Assembly (NCBI RefSeq): GCF_009914755.1
Contig: NC_060931.1
Source: the human T2T-CHM13v2.0 reference genome, Homo sapiens
DNA: 64,000 nt
Direction: 5' to 3' (one strand)
The position numbers and the translations under genes are program-made. Of the stretch, positions 61,060 through 64,000 are shown piece by piece (within the stretch, counting starts at the first letter, position 1; each line of letters opens with the position of its first letter). The notes beneath the pieces were generated by a model. The model did no database searches. It was not told the origin of the DNA and saw only the letters and a program-made list of their open reading frames with translations.

Positions 61060-63439
61060 GCTCCAGAGATATTCCTCAGTACACAAATTATTATACTGTG
61101 TACATATGTAATTTGTGTGTGTATGTGTATGTGTGTGTGTATATATATGTATGCATATATTCCTTTCTTTGAAAAATGGCAACAATCTATACACACTTTA
61201 TTAAAATTTGTAGCTTGTGTACAGACACACATGTAAAACAAATACATATTTTAAAGACTATTTTAATATCTGGTCAATGTCCTTATCAATATGTAGAAGA
61301 AACCTCATTCTTTGTTATAGGTGCATAGCATTCCACTGTATACGAGGCCATGTCTTATGTGGCCTTTGCCTTATAGTAGACATTTATTTTGTTGTCCTAA
61401 TTATAAGAATTAGGAAGACATTAATTTTGTCTTCCTAATTATAAGAAGTGCTACAATGAATTACATAGAAGCAGAATTTCTTGGTGAAAGGTTTTATTCA
61501 TTGATAATTCAGATAGAAATTTCCAGTCTTCTGTTTCCACTAGGAATGTACTCTTTCTTCATTCAGGTTGGAGTCAACCCCTGCACATTTCACCTTGCTC
61601 AAATTTCTTATCCTGCTAAAATATATATGCTTGTACAGAGAGATAGATGATAGGTTGCCATTTGTAAAGCCAGGGGAACCCTAGTTTTTAAGCCACTCCA
61701 TTCAGGACTGAGGCAAAATTTGAAATTAAGCCATGTTTACCAGAGACAAGACAATGTGATCTGGCTACAGCTTTTGACCTCTCAAATGTTTGCCTTTCCT
61801 CTCCACTCTTGTACTCTTAACATTGAGAGCTAGGATCTAGGGAACTGGGATCCAACTCTCTCCTGCTTAAATATTGTTCTGGTCCTCAGGCCTGAGGTTG
61901 GGGACTCAGCTCCCCATCTCTAGTTTCTGTCTGATAACCCCAACTAGTATCCCAACACTCCTAATCAATGGCTTGGGTCATTTTTATGGGGAGGGAAGTA
62001 TTTTAAGTTGTAATCTTGACTATGGACATTGGAAAGACTTAAATAACATTTCGCAGACCACTGGATGGCTTTTTAGTTCAACAACTTTAATTAAAAACCT
62101 GAAGACATAAATCAACTTAATGTTATCTTAAGGAACTTAGTTAAAAACAGGTTGACAGAGGGAACATTCTATTAAAAATGTGATCCTAAGACTTAGTGTG
62201 CTTTTCCAAGAAATCTGTTGATCTTGGCTGTAAGAAATTTCAAGTCCTAAAAGAGGAGTAATACTTAGACAAAGACCAAGTGTATACTTTAATACAAAGA
62301 TAATTTAAACCTCTTTCAGATTGTATTTCTTAAAACTGCAAAATTTGCTTGCTTCATTAAAAACGAGGCCTTTCAGACTGAATAATATAGTGAATTTACC
62401 ATTAGCAAAAGTGACACTGAAATAGTCATTTTCACATATTTACAAAACTTAAGCCTATATTTAAGAAGACTGGAAAGGAAACAATTTTATACAATCAAGA
62501 TAGTATAGGAGTTCTAAAATTAGTTCAGATGGAGGGACACTGTGTTCTTTGATAATAACATAAAATAGTTATCATAAAATTCAGTATCTAATGATGAATT
62601 ATGGGCCTTAATGAAATACTGTTATAGAGTAGATTATATTATAAACCCATAGGCAACAAGTTTTTAAGAAAAATGTATGAAAAATACTTAATTGAGAAAC
62701 CTCTAACATTAAAATATTTTGCTTTTTCTGCTGGAATACTAAAGAGCCAGCTTGCAGAGCATTGATGTTTCAAAAGAGAAAAAGTTCATCAGAGAAAAAA
62801 ATAGATGCCTATTATTGGCTGTTGCTCTAATAAGCTTTTATTAGAAAATAGGTTGGCAATTAGTTCTGCGAAATTGAGCACATAGCTTTGAACTTGATGG
62901 TTCTGCTCTGTCTCTCAGTCTGATAAATATATATGAGTATATATATTTTTCATCATTGGCAACAAAATATCACTTTGGTCAGTACTTTCCTTAAGGGCTT
63001 GGAAATAAAACAGTGCATTTATTAAATTCCTTAGGGACCATGACCTTCAGGATATCTCTTCAAACTCTCACGGTTTTAGGAGCAGACACTTGGCATCTTA
63101 AAGGTTTTTAAAACAGAACCCCAATATCATGAAAAAAGAAATAGAAGACATGTAGATTTGGAAAATCAACTCGTTTCACTAATACCTGAATATTAAGAAG
63201 GGAGTATATGCTTTGAAAAACTTTTCCAGAGCATTCACTCTAATCGTAAAGATCAGTGTGGATCACCATGCTGTGTAAAGTTAAAAAACATCGCACTGGG
63301 TGTTTGAGAACAGGCACTTAGAGTTGCAATCAAAATGAAAACAAATTAGTGCAATTAATTTATTGATTTATAATATCCTTTTCCTTTGTGGTGATTATTT
63401 AAAATATTATGGTCTCATAAATAACTGGTTTGAACTGCT

Positions 63440-63990
63440 CTCATTTCTGTCTTAGATTATTGCAAGAGCTTTTTATAGTCTTCCTGCTTCTCTCTTGTGT
63501 CTTTTCCCTTAAAGGCTTGCCTCAACACAGCAGCCAGAGGAATCCAGTTAAGCCCATGGCAGACAATGTCATTCTTCTTTCAAAGCCCACCACATCTTTC
63601 CCATCTCATTTACAGTGAAAGCCTGAGTACCTATAAGCCCCAACAAGACCCTCACTCTTTCTTCTCTGGCTCCTTTTACCTAGTCACTGACCTCTTCAAA
63701 GGTCTTTAGAGACAGCAGACATGCTCTGCCACAGGGCCTTTGCACCTGCTTTCCCTCATACTTCCCCAGACATCCTCCAGGCTGACTCCTCTTATCCTTG
63801 GGATCAGTGAGGCTTGTTACCATCTAGGAACAAATCCTGCCTTATTTATTTTTCTTTGTTATCATAATTTGCAACATACTGAATATTTATTTACTGTTCT
63901 TATTTATTATCTCCCTCCCCTACAAGAATTTAAACTCAGTGAGGGCAGAGGCTCTTGTTTGTTTTGCTCACTATTGTATTGTTAATACTT
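63440..63990 (+). mobile_element. L2 3' fragment
   Basis: cacagcagccagagg, cagggcctttgcacctgct, tgagggcagag..tgtttgttttgctcact. Confidence 0.7.
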
Positions 63991-64000
63991 AGAAGGGAGC

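Overview
AT-rich, repeat-dense primate (very probably human) genomic DNA. The only gene-derived coding sequence is an unprocessed three-exon GH56 hyaluronidase pseudogene on the + strand, recognised as HYAL6P/HYALP1 (exons 14865-15757, 20067-20156, 29682-30121). It is disabled by two frameshifts, but splice sites, signal peptide, catalytic DWE motif, EGF-like cysteines and hydrophobic tail are still readable. Downstream is a ~15 kb nest: a full-length old L1PB-type element interrupted by three Alus, a near-full-length L1PA6-like element and a TSD-flanked, polyadenylated non-repeat retro-insert. Next come probable non-coding 5' exons of HYAL4 (~45888-46403, 48807-48876), starting directly outside the 5' end of the L1PA6-like element, then a second full-length L1PA7/8-like element. 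Nearly all other ORFs in the track are Alu/L1/LTR translations. I see no new multi-gene system. The best leads are a possible L1 antisense-promoter origin for the HYAL4 5' end, the orphan retro-insert, and a reciprocal inverted/direct duplication in the first 2 kb. Repeat subfamily names are by eye and boundaries are approximate unless a TSD is quoted.
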